From: Podarcis melisellensis
Taxonomy: Eukaryota
Reading direction: 5' to 3' (one strand)
Assembly (NCBI GenBank): GCA_964234715.1
Contig: OZ174277.1
Length of the DNA: 64,000 bases
How positions within the stretch are numbered: the stretch's first letter is position 1; every line of letters starts with the position of its first letter. Positions 14,400 to 25,422 of this stretch are shown piece by piece. A program made the translations under genes and the position numbers. Under the pieces are notes generated by a model. It had not been told where the DNA came from, did not search any database, and saw nothing but the letters and a program-made list of their open reading frames with translations.

Positions 14400-14535
14400 C
14401 AGGCTAGTTAATTGTGGTTACATTCCAGATGTTGTTGCTCTGCAGTTGCCATAAACCCCAGCCAACATAGCCACTTGTCAGGGATCACTGGAACTATAGT
14501 CCAACATGTGGAGTGCACCACACTGGTTACTCCTG
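14400..14535. mobile_element. Decayed copy of the palindromic hAT MITE
   Basis: TCCAGATGTTGTTG...GGGATCACTGGAACTATAGTCCAACATGTGGAG, CAGG...CCTG ends. Confidence 0.6.
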
Positions 14536-14586
14536 ATGTGGAATATTAAGAAAGAAAAGCATTTCCATGCATAGGTTTAACAATAT

Positions 14587-14922
14587 GGCTATGTTCACAT
14601 CTCACTGGAAACCACAGTTAATGGTTTATTTTGAATGTACAGGTGGACCCTTCTTCACTTGTCCCCTAGCATGAGTGGGAGCAGCAAACCACAATCCCTA
14701 GTTTAGTGTTAAACAAACCAAGGAATTTAAGCCAAGGTTTGTTCTTGGCTTACCAGCTGTAATTTTCTCTGAGAAAATAAACCACAATCTCCAGTTCGGA
14801 TAGAACGCTAAGCAGGAATCATGGCTGGTTGCTCACACTCACGCCAAAGGAGGAGTGAAGCAGGAGAAACCCATGCATTCAAGGTGAGTAACTGTGGTTT
14901 ACCATAACATGTGAAGGCTGCC
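14587..14922. mobile_element. Old palindromic Harbinger-like MITE
   Basis: GGCTATGTTCACAT...ATGTGAAGGCTGCC termini; repeated AAACCACAA/TTGTGGTTT motifs. Confidence 0.55.
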
Positions 14923-15067
14923 TGCGACACAAAACACTTCTTAACACTAACTTGTCCAATCATGCCTCCTCTGACAAGATTATTCATATGTAAGTGGCAG
15001 GAACACAATTAAAAAAACACACATTTTATACTTGCTGATTTTAAGGAATCCATATTGCAATCCATAC

Positions 15068-15217
15068 CTTCTTCCACTTTATATTCAGGGTCCTCAGTCT
15101 ATCAGAAATATTCTCTCTCTCTCGAGCCCCAATGCTTTTATTTGAAATCAGCTCAGGTTCATTCTTGTTTAGCCACTTAAGTTTTTCTCCTTGCATGTCC
15201 ATCTCCTCGATCAAGCC
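15068..15217 (-). CDS. UTRN: UTRN exon (150 nt, DMD exon 47 equivalent)
   Basis: tag|GGC TTG...AAG AAG|gtatgg; GLIEEMDMQGEKLKWLNKNEPELISNKS...LNIKWKK. Confidence 0.94.
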
Positions 15218-16650
15218 CTAAAGTGATTAAAGAAAGCACTTTTGGTGGAATCTACAGACCTGTTAAAATCGTTGTGAAAATGCTTTTTTTAAAAAAAAAA
15301 AATTGTGTTGAAAAATGCATTGAATTTGCTATAGCTCATGGTTTCCACCTAATGTCACAGTTGTATATTGCACTTTACAACACATTCAGAATGTTGTATT
15401 TGCAGCTGTATAGCTGAGTCCTTAGACAAAAAAGTCACAGGAGGTAGGCATTGACTAGTTTTTTTTAAAAAAAGATATGGACAATGCCTAGTGCCAGAAG
15501 AGAAGCAATAGGAGTTGCTAAGAGTTGGACTTCAGGCACCTCTGTATGAGAAGCAAAAGCAGAATAAATTATTCAAAATACTTTAAAGAACAACAAATTA
15601 TGCAAAATTAGAGAAAAAAAATAAACATTTTTCATATTCTGCAAGGTTTAAGAAGATCATAGGATTTTACTTGACTTGCTACCCTATTTCCAGGTTACAA
15701 TCGGAAGACATGAGGCCACCACTTTGCTAGGTCTGGAGAGTTCCTGAATGCGTAAATTCCTGGGAACCACATGTATGCTGCCTTGGGTTGATGATAGAAA
15801 AACACCAGGATATAAATGTAAGTAAATAAATAGAAACAATTTAAAAACTAGGTTAATTTGTGGAGGACTTGTGTAATGCACAATAACATAGGCCTCTGTG
15901 TGCCCTGCTGATTGACAGGTTCTAGATACAAGTTATTTACTGACTTTGGGAATATTAATGAAAAGTTTTAGTATTGACGTTTAAATTAAAACTAACACGG
16001 TCACTTTCCTTTCATAGGCAGCAGTGGAAATTCGTTGCACACCCAGTCTGCTGGATTGAGATTGTTGGTCCAGCGCTTAGTTTTGTGCTCTTGAAGCCCC
16101 AAATCAATGTGCTAGATTGCAGCTCTTTGTACTTTTAGCAATAATTTCATGCAAGGATTCTGTTCATAAAAGGGAATTTGATTCCCCAGAGGCTCCTCTG
16201 GCACAAGGAGAAGGAAATGTTTCTCACTTATTCCTCCTTCCCACACTGTTCCAGAGGATTCACCAATTCTGCAGAGCAGATTTTCAGGGAACTGCAAGAG
16301 ACAGGAGGATTTTGCAAAAAATCACCTCTTCCTTTCCACCAGTTGAGATGTCCCAGGAGTGCAGTTCTGCTCAGTGTGTCCTGCCACAGGAAACAAACAG
16401 ACCCAACGCTGCACTTGGGTTGTGTGTGATGTATTCCATACACTCCGACTGGGTCCATTTAGGCAGCAGTAGCACTGGCTCTCTTAGTATCAAATTACTC
16501 ATCTCAACCTAATGCACAACAATTATTTGCGAACTAAAGAATCCGCCTACCTTTCAAATTAATTAGTTCTTCAGTAGCACAAGTAGGAATAAGGAGGAAT
16601 AAATTCTAATAAAGTATAATAAAGTATGCAATCATTTTTATCTAACTTGC

Positions 16651-16786
16651 CATTAATTCCTTCAAATTTTCTTCACGGCTGATTGTAGGCTTCTCTTCCT
16701 GTGCATTTTCTATGTTTTCCAGCCAGCAACTAAATTCATCTAGGTTTCTTGTGAAGTCTAGTAATGGTTGATTCTCTCCTTTCAGT
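16651..16786 (-). CDS. UTRN: UTRN exon (136 nt, DMD exon 46 equivalent) with GC donor
   Basis: tag|A CTG AAA GGA...TTA ATG|gcaagt; LKGENQPLLDFTRNLDEFSCWL...ENLKELM. Only the GC donor keeps the frame. Confidence 0.9.
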
Positions 16787-17728
16787 CTAAGGTGCAAACC
16801 CCAAAGTGGAATATAAAACAAGAACATCAATATAAATACAGAAAGGTAAAAGCAATAAGAAAACACACTCCATCCACAGCTTACTAATATAGAAAACTAC
16901 AAAGTTGAATTTTAAAAATCAATTCAAGTGTACAAAGTTCTTCATGTGACATTTCCACATTCTCTCCAGGAATGTGACTTCAAGTAAAGAAATGCTTAAA
17001 GTGTTCCCTGGGTTGCCTTAGGCCTAAAAAGATGTATTTAATTTTAAACAATTCCCAGCAATATTTCATATTCCGTGCAGAAATTGAAAGAATTTGCACC
17101 CTGTCTTCAATCATACCAAGCAAGTATTTTTAAAATTATGTATGCTCTTCATAAAGCTAGACTGGTGGTGGGAATGACTATGACATTGGTACATTATGCC
17201 TTTGTGGTAAACTAGCGTTTTGTTTATTTTGATTGAGGCGGGGTATAGATATTAACTTAAATGTACATTTCAAAATGGCAACACAACTAATAATTCAACT
17301 TCACACAGACTAATCTAGCTGCATCTTGAATGCACTTGTTTCCTATTTGCAGGAAATCTGGGGGGAGGGTTATAATGCCTTGCTAACCACCTGTATGCTA
17401 AGAAGGACCAAAGGCAATGTGAAAATATCATCAATAGTTAAAATGCAATTCCAAAACATGAATGTAGCACTCACATACCCAAAGAGTATATTAAAAGAAA
17501 TGAAAGAGCAATTTCCTAAAACAGAGCAAGGGGAAATGGAACGAGTATGCACATTAAAAACAGCATCATTATCACTAATTGTTTCAAAGTAGCTTTGAGG
17601 GACCTTTCAGATTCAGGGCATGGACGTTTCAACCAAATAGGAAATACGCAATGTCATTTGGAGCTTCTAGAGAAACTTGTTCCCAATGCTTCTCCTAAGA
17701 TATCCAAAAACCTGACTGAACCATTTAC

Positions 17729-17904
17729 CTCTGTTGTCTTTCCATAACTTCAGCAGTGATGGCTTTCCAGCGATTATTTAACCCTGCTAGTTTCTCCTTC
17801 AGGAAGCTTCCATCTGTAGTAGAGAGCTTCTGTACAATTCCTTCTCCTGTTCTGTTCAATGTCGAAAAGCTGGTCTGATGGCTGCTGACTCCCTCTTCAA
17901 GTTC
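17729..17904 (-). CDS. UTRN: UTRN exon (176 nt, DMD exon 45 equivalent)
   Basis: cag|GAA CTT...CAG AG|gtaaat; [46 protein letters not shown]. Confidence 0.95.
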
Positions 17905-19133
17905 CTGTCACAAATATAAAAACCAAGCTGAATTTTGTTGCTTACCCAATATGACATTGACGTGTAGCCTGAAACAATGACTGGGCACACATTGCTCGTT
18001 TAAAAAATAAAATAAAAAAGCACTGTTGTTTAAGTGAATGATTAGGCACTTGTTATTAAGATTAAGCTAATATATTCATGAATATCAATCTACCAAAGGC
18101 AAACAGTACAAGAACATGCTGTTGAAATCAAATCAGTATGAAGGCTAAGCATTCCTCATATGGTATGCATGTATGCCTTTGAGATAAAAAGGGAAATACT
18201 GCCTACAGATTTTGGTTTGTGGGGTAGGGATGAAGGGAAAACACTGCATTAGTTTGTCTCAGAATAGATATGCTGCCTGTTCTCTGTAGCCTTACTAAGA
18301 TTTCAGCTAGGCTAATTAAGGACAGTGTTCCCATGATCAGCAGATATGGTAGGAAACCCATGGAAATTGAGTGAAGTCAGGGAAAGTCAGGCTCAAACTT
18401 TCACATATCACTAACAACCAGAAAAAAGCATTAACTGTCAAAAGAGATATCTCTGTTCTATACAATTTTTTTTTATAAAAATCAGATACACTCTAAAAAT
18501 AATAAAACAATACACAGTGGTCTATCAAAGCTAAATTAAATTATATGAAGTTATAGCAAATGAAAATGTGCCAAATGTAAGTGTAACTACTTCTGTCTAC
18601 GTAAGATCATGAAGGACCATGCCTTAAGTTATGTTGTTTTAAAAATTAAGTTGTGCTTTTTTTAAGTAAAGTGCTGTTATTTAACATTTATTTATTTACC
18701 AAGGGATTGGGGAATAAGACTTTCAGTAAAATGCATATTTTCAGTAAAATTCAGTATATGCATATGTATAAAGCGCCTTCACTAATAATTTGAGAGTCAA
18801 GGGTTTTCATTAGGTTCCCATCCATTTGTGGTTCAGCATGTCTTCCATCAGCTTTGGCTAGTACAACCCCTATGCCTGCTACTGGAAATGGAGACCTGGC
18901 AACTGTCACTCATGTGTTGGTGGTTTATGGGCTGGGTTAGATGTGGCTGCCTGAAGATTGTTTGGAAATTTCAGCTAGTACAGAATGCAGAAATCCACTT
19001 ATTAACAGCTTTGGGCCCATGTTTGTGCATGTCACTTTGAAGCATTCACACTGGCTGACAATTAGTTTCCAGACCCAAATCAAAATGTTAGCAAGTTCTT
19101 AACAAACCACCTTAACAAACCATGATCAGATAC

Positions 19134-19284
19134 CTGCTGGTGTATCTTTGCCATTTCTAAATCCAGGCCGCCATCTTGAGTTTGGGCCTCAGCCAGCAAC
19201 CCTTCTGCTTCTGCTAACCACTGGGAGAGATCACTGAGATCACAATGGAACTGTCTCCACTCTTCCACAGACTTATCAAAGCAA
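19134..19284 (-). CDS. UTRN: UTRN exon (151 nt, DMD exon 44 equivalent)
   Basis: tag|T TGC TTT GAT...CAG CAG|gtatct; CFDKSVEEWRQFHCDLSDLSQWL...KIHQQ. Confidence 0.95.
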
Positions 19285-20971
19285 CTAAAAGAAACAGAAG
19301 GGGGATGGGAAACTGTTAATTGCCTGTGCATATATTTCAAAAGCAAGAGTGTTTCGTGCAACAAAAAATCCCACAAAATGGAAATATCCTTGCAGAATGG
19401 GTGTTGCTTTTGTAAAGAGCAATATTGAGTGGGTGGGGGACAACAGAAGCACTGCCATTTAGCAAAAAGAGCAACACGTGATAAATAAAATTTAACTGCA
19501 TGAAAAATAAAGATTGATTAGGTGTCACTCACCAGTTGGTATGCAAAAAAAATGATTAATTATGATTGGTTTATACACAGCAACGTTATGATTCAATCCA
19601 CCCACTGCTATTTTTGCCCTTCAGAAGGGAGTTGGACATAGTCAAAGCCTATGTTCTGAGATGCAACAGAACAAATTGCACAAAGCTCGTATCTCCCTTA
19701 TTCCAAAATCAAATTTGTCCACAGATCCATCAAAAACCCACTGCTGTTAACAGCATATCAAGAAAAAGTAGGAAATGAGCCAAATACTATAGCTGTGTGG
19801 CAGTGAGCTCATATGAACTAGTTTTTCTCCAGGACTGAGCACCATGAAAATCAGTTCTACAGATTTTGCAGCAGAGTAGGTGCTGGCACCCCACCATGCC
19901 CCCAAGAGCAGTTTGCAATGTATTACAAATGGATTGTGCTGTTTTCAGAAATGACAGTAAGTTGCTCTATATGTAAATAAATGCATGAACATACAGGCAG
20001 CTCCTTTAAAAGCAACACCAATCTATTTATAAAAAGGGTTGAGATGTCAAACAATTGGAGTTCTTTGTAACTGACCATTGGCTAAGCAACTGCTGTACAT
20101 TACCAGTTCTGCAGCGAAATTTGCAGAACCAGCAAAAGACATATTCAGAAAAGATGCATGAAAGGGGGCCGGGCTGCATTGACTAACCCCACCCAAACAC
20201 CTCCAAGTCTGAAGCGCAGGGTCTTCTGCACACAAAGGTTTTCAGGTTTCCATGCACATGAAGGGTTCTAGATCATTTGGAAGCCATTTCATGTACTGTT
20301 GTATGCACAGAAACCAGGGAGAAAGGCTACTCCGCATAGCTCCATTCCTTCCCCCATATGCTAATCCAGCTAGTGAGGGAAATGTATGAAGAGGACTGGG
20401 AAGAAACTAGGTTACCCACACAGAAAATAATGTGGCAACAACTGGTTAGAAGGAGCATGACATGGCCCCCACCAAAGGTATTGCCCTCCCCTAATACCCC
20501 ATACATGCTGGATATAAATGCACCTCAAACAACCCAATTTAGTACATGAGCAAGGAACAAATTAGTACTAAGTGTGATAATCAGTTTTCTGTCTGTGTGA
20601 AGATTGAGCCCTAAGAGGTCTGGATCAGGAGTGAGTCACGCAGCAAACAGAAGACCAGCTAATTTTTGCGTTCTAGCAGAAGATATCCAAAGAAACTTTC
20701 AAAGACTTCTAGCACCGGAAATCGTAACAAATTCAAAGAGTATAATAAGGTACTTTGACAACTAAGTATATTTGATCATAATGGAGTCCAATATCCCATC
20801 CATTTAAAATTTAAGCATGACTGATACAAAAGTCAGTATGAATCATTATAATAAAACTCATTTCTTTATAATGACTGATTTTAACTTTATGGGTAAAAGC
20901 AACTCCCTATAATACATAGGGAGTGTTGATCAACAGTCTTCAGGACCTTAAATTGTACTGTCAGTGAATTA

Positions 20972-21564
20972 CCGTATTTTTCACTCTATAGGACGCACTT
21001 TTTCCCCTCCAAAAATGAAGGGGAAATGTGTGTGCATCCTATGGAGCAAATGCAGGCTTCAGGAAGCTGTCCGCAGGCTTGCGGACAGCTGCCTGCAGCC
21101 CAAAGCCCAGGGAGCGTGTGCCAGGCTCCGCAGGCTTGCAGACAGCTGCCTGCAGCCCGAAGCTGTTCTAGCTTTGGGATGGCTGCGGAGGCTTGAAAGG
21201 CTGTCCCCGAAGCCAAAACAGCAAGACGGGGCGCTGCGCAGGGTGCCTCCACCCCGCTGCCCTGCAGAGACTACAAAGGATGTCCCCGAAGCCTCAAGCC
21301 TTTGGAGTGCAGCTGCGCTCCAGAGGCTTCAGGGATCTTTGAGGTTGGCGGTGGGGGAAAGCAGCACTTCCCCCCACGGCCATGCCCCACAAACTCGGGG
21401 GGCAGCGGCAAGGCTGCACGCAGCCTTTGCGCTGCTCCCCGACCTGCTCTTGAAAGCACCTTGTTTTTGAGGGGGAGAACAAGAAAAAAAAATTTCCTGT
21501 TCTCCCCCTCCTATGGTCCGGTGCATTCTATGGTCCGGTGCATCCTATAGAGCGAAAAATACGG
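20972..21564. mobile_element. Tc/mariner (Tc2/pogo-like) MITE, 593 bp, GC/CpG-rich interior
   Basis: TA|CCGTATTTTTCACTCTATAGGACGCAC...GTGCATCCTATAGAGCGAAAAATACGG|TA. Confidence 0.9.
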
Positions 21565-21898
21565 TACATAAAATAAAACCTGTCAACAGTACTTGTAAAC
21601 ACTACTTGTAATGTTACAAGCCTTAGCCTCAAAATAAGATGCAATATTTATGAGATTCAAGGAATGTCTTACCCTTCAATGAATCAGCTAGAAAGTCAAT
21701 CTGTTGTACTGCACCAATTAACTGCGAAGGTTTAATTTATCTTTTTAAATAGGAAGAGTGGTTTGGCTGCTTAACTGTTAACTTACAGATTACTGAAGTT
21801 TCCAAAAGGATTGTGAAGATTCAAATATGCAGAGGAATATTGCCCGGAACTTCAAATTGCTACTTGTTTGGAAATGGTGGTGGATCAGCCCATATAGT

Positions 21899-22143
21899 AG
21901 TTATGTATTGAAGTTCTCACCCTGGCCACCAGGGGGTATTGTGCATAGAGTTTTCACTCAGGTCCAACTTAAGTTAATTTAGGCGGGAAATCCTGGGCTG
22001 TTGTAGTTACAATGTTGACAGCCGGCTGCCTGTAAAAGCAGGCCGGTTGAGCTGTGCTCAGTGCAGTTCAGTTCCAGCTTACTTATAAAGAACTACTTGG
22101 AGAAATCTCTGTGTCGTCTGCTAGGTCCACCCTCTACATAATA
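21899..22143 (+). mobile_element. Probable solo LTR (~245 bp) with decayed termini
   Basis: Inverted ends aGTTATGTA...TACATAAtA (from TGTTATGTA...TACATAACA); TATA-like TGTAAAAG followed by a polyA-like TATAAA; no clean TSD. Confidence 0.65.
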
Positions 22144-22650
22144 GAATCGAAGCCCAGCATCCCAGAATCCTACATATGGAAGCTCCTTAAGAGACTTTAG
22201 GACCTTGGTAACCCAGCCAGGCACAGGCTGATGGGAAATGAACATTAATTTCAATTGATGGTTAAAGGCAGAATAACATATATCTTGTACTGTTTGCCTT
22301 TGGTGGGATTCTTCTTTTTCTATACCATCCAGCAATTAGGCTGTAAGTTGGGGCATCTTTCATTCTATAACTTATAGGGACCCAGGAAATTCTTGTTAGA
22401 GAGGGCCACAACTATCCTTAAGAATAGGGAGGACTCTGCCCACCCCACAGATAATCAGACCAAAAATAAGGAGGAAGATGTGCAGCCCTAGCATTGCCAT
22501 CTTGCTTTCTGTGTCCTGGGAACAGAGCTTTGCTATGAAGGAAACAGTAAAGCTGAGCTAAACACTAATGTATAGAGAGAAAAGGAGTCAGAGTTGAGGT
22601 TGAGAGTGAAGAGGTTGAGCCTTGAATAGTGAGCTTCTTCTGTGATTCAT

Positions 22651-23243
22651 GAGAAAGTACTATTGGTACTCACCTAAACTGTACATCTCTAATGACATAA
22701 TGGGGTCACTGAATTGGGTTGGGCTCTGGGCTCCATCCTGGTCATGAGGCGGAAGAAAAAACTCTTTGGGAAGTGGGCAGCTCCCAAACAGTTTTGCGGT
22801 CTCACCAAGCTCAAACCGTCAATGGCGTCACAAACAGTAAAGGAAAAGAAAGGTGCCCAGTTTCCCCTAATAATAGGAACGAACTGCAAACTTAAAAGCA
22901 TGTGGGTAATAGCAGAACCAATATTTGCAGTCAATATTAGGGCTTGGTTCCAGTGACCCCCATGATGCCATCAGCAATCCACACTTCAGATGAGTACCAA
23001 TCATACTATCTCTCCCATGGGGATCATGGGATCACAAAGCTTACCCAATTAGGGTGGGTCCCAACTGCAACCAAAATTTCTATGGCAGGGCTTCCTGAAG
23101 AACAGGCAGGAGCAAAAACTGATTGGGAGCTGCCACTTTCCCAAAGAGATTTTTCTCCTGCCTTGTGACCAGGGCGGAGCCAGAGCCCAATCCAACCCAG
23201 TGAGCCCATGATGCCAGTAGGAGATCAGTCTTTTTGGTAAGAA
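22651..23243 (-). mobile_element. Miniature non-coding DIRS1-like retroelement (left ITR, ICR, right ITR)
   Basis: Inverted arms at 22684-22797 and 23112-23225; internal segment 22951-23036 complementary to the outer end 22651-22711; minus strand ends ...GGTGAGTACCAATAGTACTTTCTC, a DIRS-like terminus. Confidence 0.75.
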
Positions 23244-23561
23244 TTCCTTTTGGATTTCAATTTTTAGTTTTAATACTGGACCACCTTGGATCCCTGACCT
23301 TAAGAACACCCCTGGAGCCCCTGAATACTCATGAAACAGACATTGCTAAGCAACTTCATGATAGCTATTCATAATAATAATTTTAAAAATCACCCAAGCT
23401 TGGCAGGCCCAACAAAATTGTTCTGCCCAAAGCAGAAAATCCCCACCAGGGTGTATCTTAAATTTCCCCTACAGATTCACTTCTTCATCACAGAAATCAG
23501 CTTTTCTGCGTGCACAACTGTTTGTTTTTCAGCACAAAGTAAATGTAGTCCTTTTACTTAC

Positions 23562-23734
23562 CATTTACGATCATTGTACATCCTGTTAATTCTGTCCCAT
23601 TCTGCATTCAGTTGGATTAGAGAATCTGCTATTTGAATAGCCTCAGATCCAGATGCTTCCAATATAACATCTGGATGTTTTTCATGAATGACTGCAATCT
23701 GATCCCCAAGTTTGTCCAACATGTCTTTTATGTT
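23562..23734 (-). CDS. UTRN: UTRN exon (173 nt, DMD exon 43 equivalent)
   Basis: cag|AAC ATA...AAA TG|gtaagt; [29 protein letters not shown]...YNDRK. Confidence 0.95.
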
Positions 23735-23982
23735 CTGTAAGCATAGAAAGACAAAAATCCTGTTGAAGTGCTCTACAAGGATGACTGCCAACTTGACAAA
23801 TTGAACCCTTTGATTGGATTGCAAAAAGCATGAACAACGTAATTTTAACACTGTTAGTATAGGTTTCTTTCCCTAATTATTTTTTAAACCACAATGCTAT
23901 CCAATGAGTTCTTCTATAACATCAACTTAAGAGCCCAAACACAAAGCTTTCTGTTTATTTTGTTTGAACATGTACTTACTTT

Positions 23983-24041
23983 CATTCTTAAAAAGTGATA
24001 ATTTACTTATCATTCTCATTCTTAAAAAGTGATAATTTACT
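23983..24041. repeat. 34-bp-period tandem duplication
   Basis: TCATTCTTAAAAAGTGATAATTTACT occurs twice. Confidence 0.85.
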
Positions 24042-24217
24042 AGGATTGCGCAACCATGCTAGAAAAATTGGCGCCTATGAATCACGGGGCAATTTTGTAA
24101 CATTTAGAAATACATTGAATTTCCTTATGCTTATACAAGTTAGAATGTTTGGGGAAAATAATCACCATTTTAAATACTCAATTTTCTATTCTAATATTTT
24201 GTTTCAGTTTCTAGTAC

Positions 24218-24403
24218 CTTTAATGAATCTTCCTGAGTAGAAAAATCTTCATAGACACCAGAATGAAGTTCCGGAGCATTCAGCAAGAGTTCAGCATCAG
24301 CTATAGCCAGCAAAATCTTGTTAATTTCAACCAGATATTCTGCAGGGAATGGAGATGCCCTCGTTGTTGATGAGAGGGGACCTTGAATCTTCTGCAAGAC
24401 TGC
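24218..24403 (-). CDS. UTRN: UTRN exon (186 nt, DMD exon 42 equivalent)
   Basis: tag|GCA GTC...TTA AAG|gtacta; AVLQKIQ...PAEYLVEINKILL...YEDFSTQEDSLK. Confidence 0.95.
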
Positions 24404-24481
24404 CTAAAGAAAAATAAACTTAAGCTTAGCTCTTTTAAAATAACATCAGTATAAGATAAAAACAAATTTCATTTATTTGTA

Positions 24482-24701
24482 CAGTGGACCCTCCAGATAC
24501 GAATTTAATTCGTTCCGGGGGTCCATACGTAACCCAAAAAGTCCGCATCTAGAGGCGCCACTTCTACACATGTGTAAAGCGTGCAGAGCGCTTCTGCGCA
24601 TGTACGCATGGTGAAACCCGGAAGTATACACTTCAGGGTTTGCCACGTTCGCAACCCAAAAGTTACGTTACCCAAAGGTAACGTAATCTGAAGGTCCACT
24701 G
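24482..24701. mobile_element. Tigger-like MITE (220 bp)
   Basis: TA|CAGTGGACCCTCCAGATACG...CGTAATCTGAAGGTCCACTG|TA. Confidence 0.85.
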
Positions 24702-25201
24702 TATTTGCTTTATGTCCTATCTTTCTATTAAAATATACCAGATAAAATCAAGTTTTTAAAATTGAAATCCTATCCCCAAAACTAAAATCCCTGCCATGTG
24801 ACTCCTTGTTATAATTAGAAGGAAGTATATCTACTTTGCCCATTGCAGGTACACCAATAACTTAATTTACTTTCTTTAAAATGAATCACCCTATATACCA
24901 ATACAAATATACTCCAGTCAAGCAAGTCAATTTATCAGCTCCAGTTATGAGGAAAGGGTGGAGATAGCCCACCCTAAATTAACAGAAAGTCTTTTCCCAG
25001 GTTCTTGAAATGCGGACATTCATTTTTATAATTCTCAGTTGGCATGGAGGCTAATGCATGCCCATGATGACTTCTGACATTTTATGTCTATAGACACAGT
25101 AAGCTAAGTCAAAAGAGAACACTAAAAAGCATGTTTTCCTACAGATAGCAAGAGCTTCCTCAAAATGGGAAAGGAGCTATACAACAAGGTTAAAACATAT
25201 A

Positions 25202-25422
25202 CCGTATTTTTCGCTCTATAAGATGCACCAGACCATAAGACGCACCTAGTTTTTGGAGGAGGAAAACAAGAAAAAAAAATTCTGAATCAAAAGCAGTGAT
25301 CCCTCTTGCTGTTCTGGCTTCTGGGATAGCTGTTCAGCCTGCATTCACTCCGTAAGATGCACACACATTTCCCCTTACTTTTTAGGAGGGAAAAAGTGAG
25401 TCTTATAGAGCAAAAAATATGG
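25202..25422. mobile_element. Same Tc2/pogo-like MITE family, 221 bp
   Basis: TA|CCGTATTTTTCGCTCTATAAG...CTTATAGAGCAAAAAATATGG|TA. Confidence 0.88.

Noticed and set aside
17905-19133. Internal promoter for a Dp140/Up140-like short isoform
   Set aside because: Position is equivalent to DMD intron 44, but I could not identify a first exon or promoter signal
20964-21550. Cluster of overlapping ORFs up to 168 aa
   Set aside because: All lie inside a GC-rich MITE and show no transposase motifs
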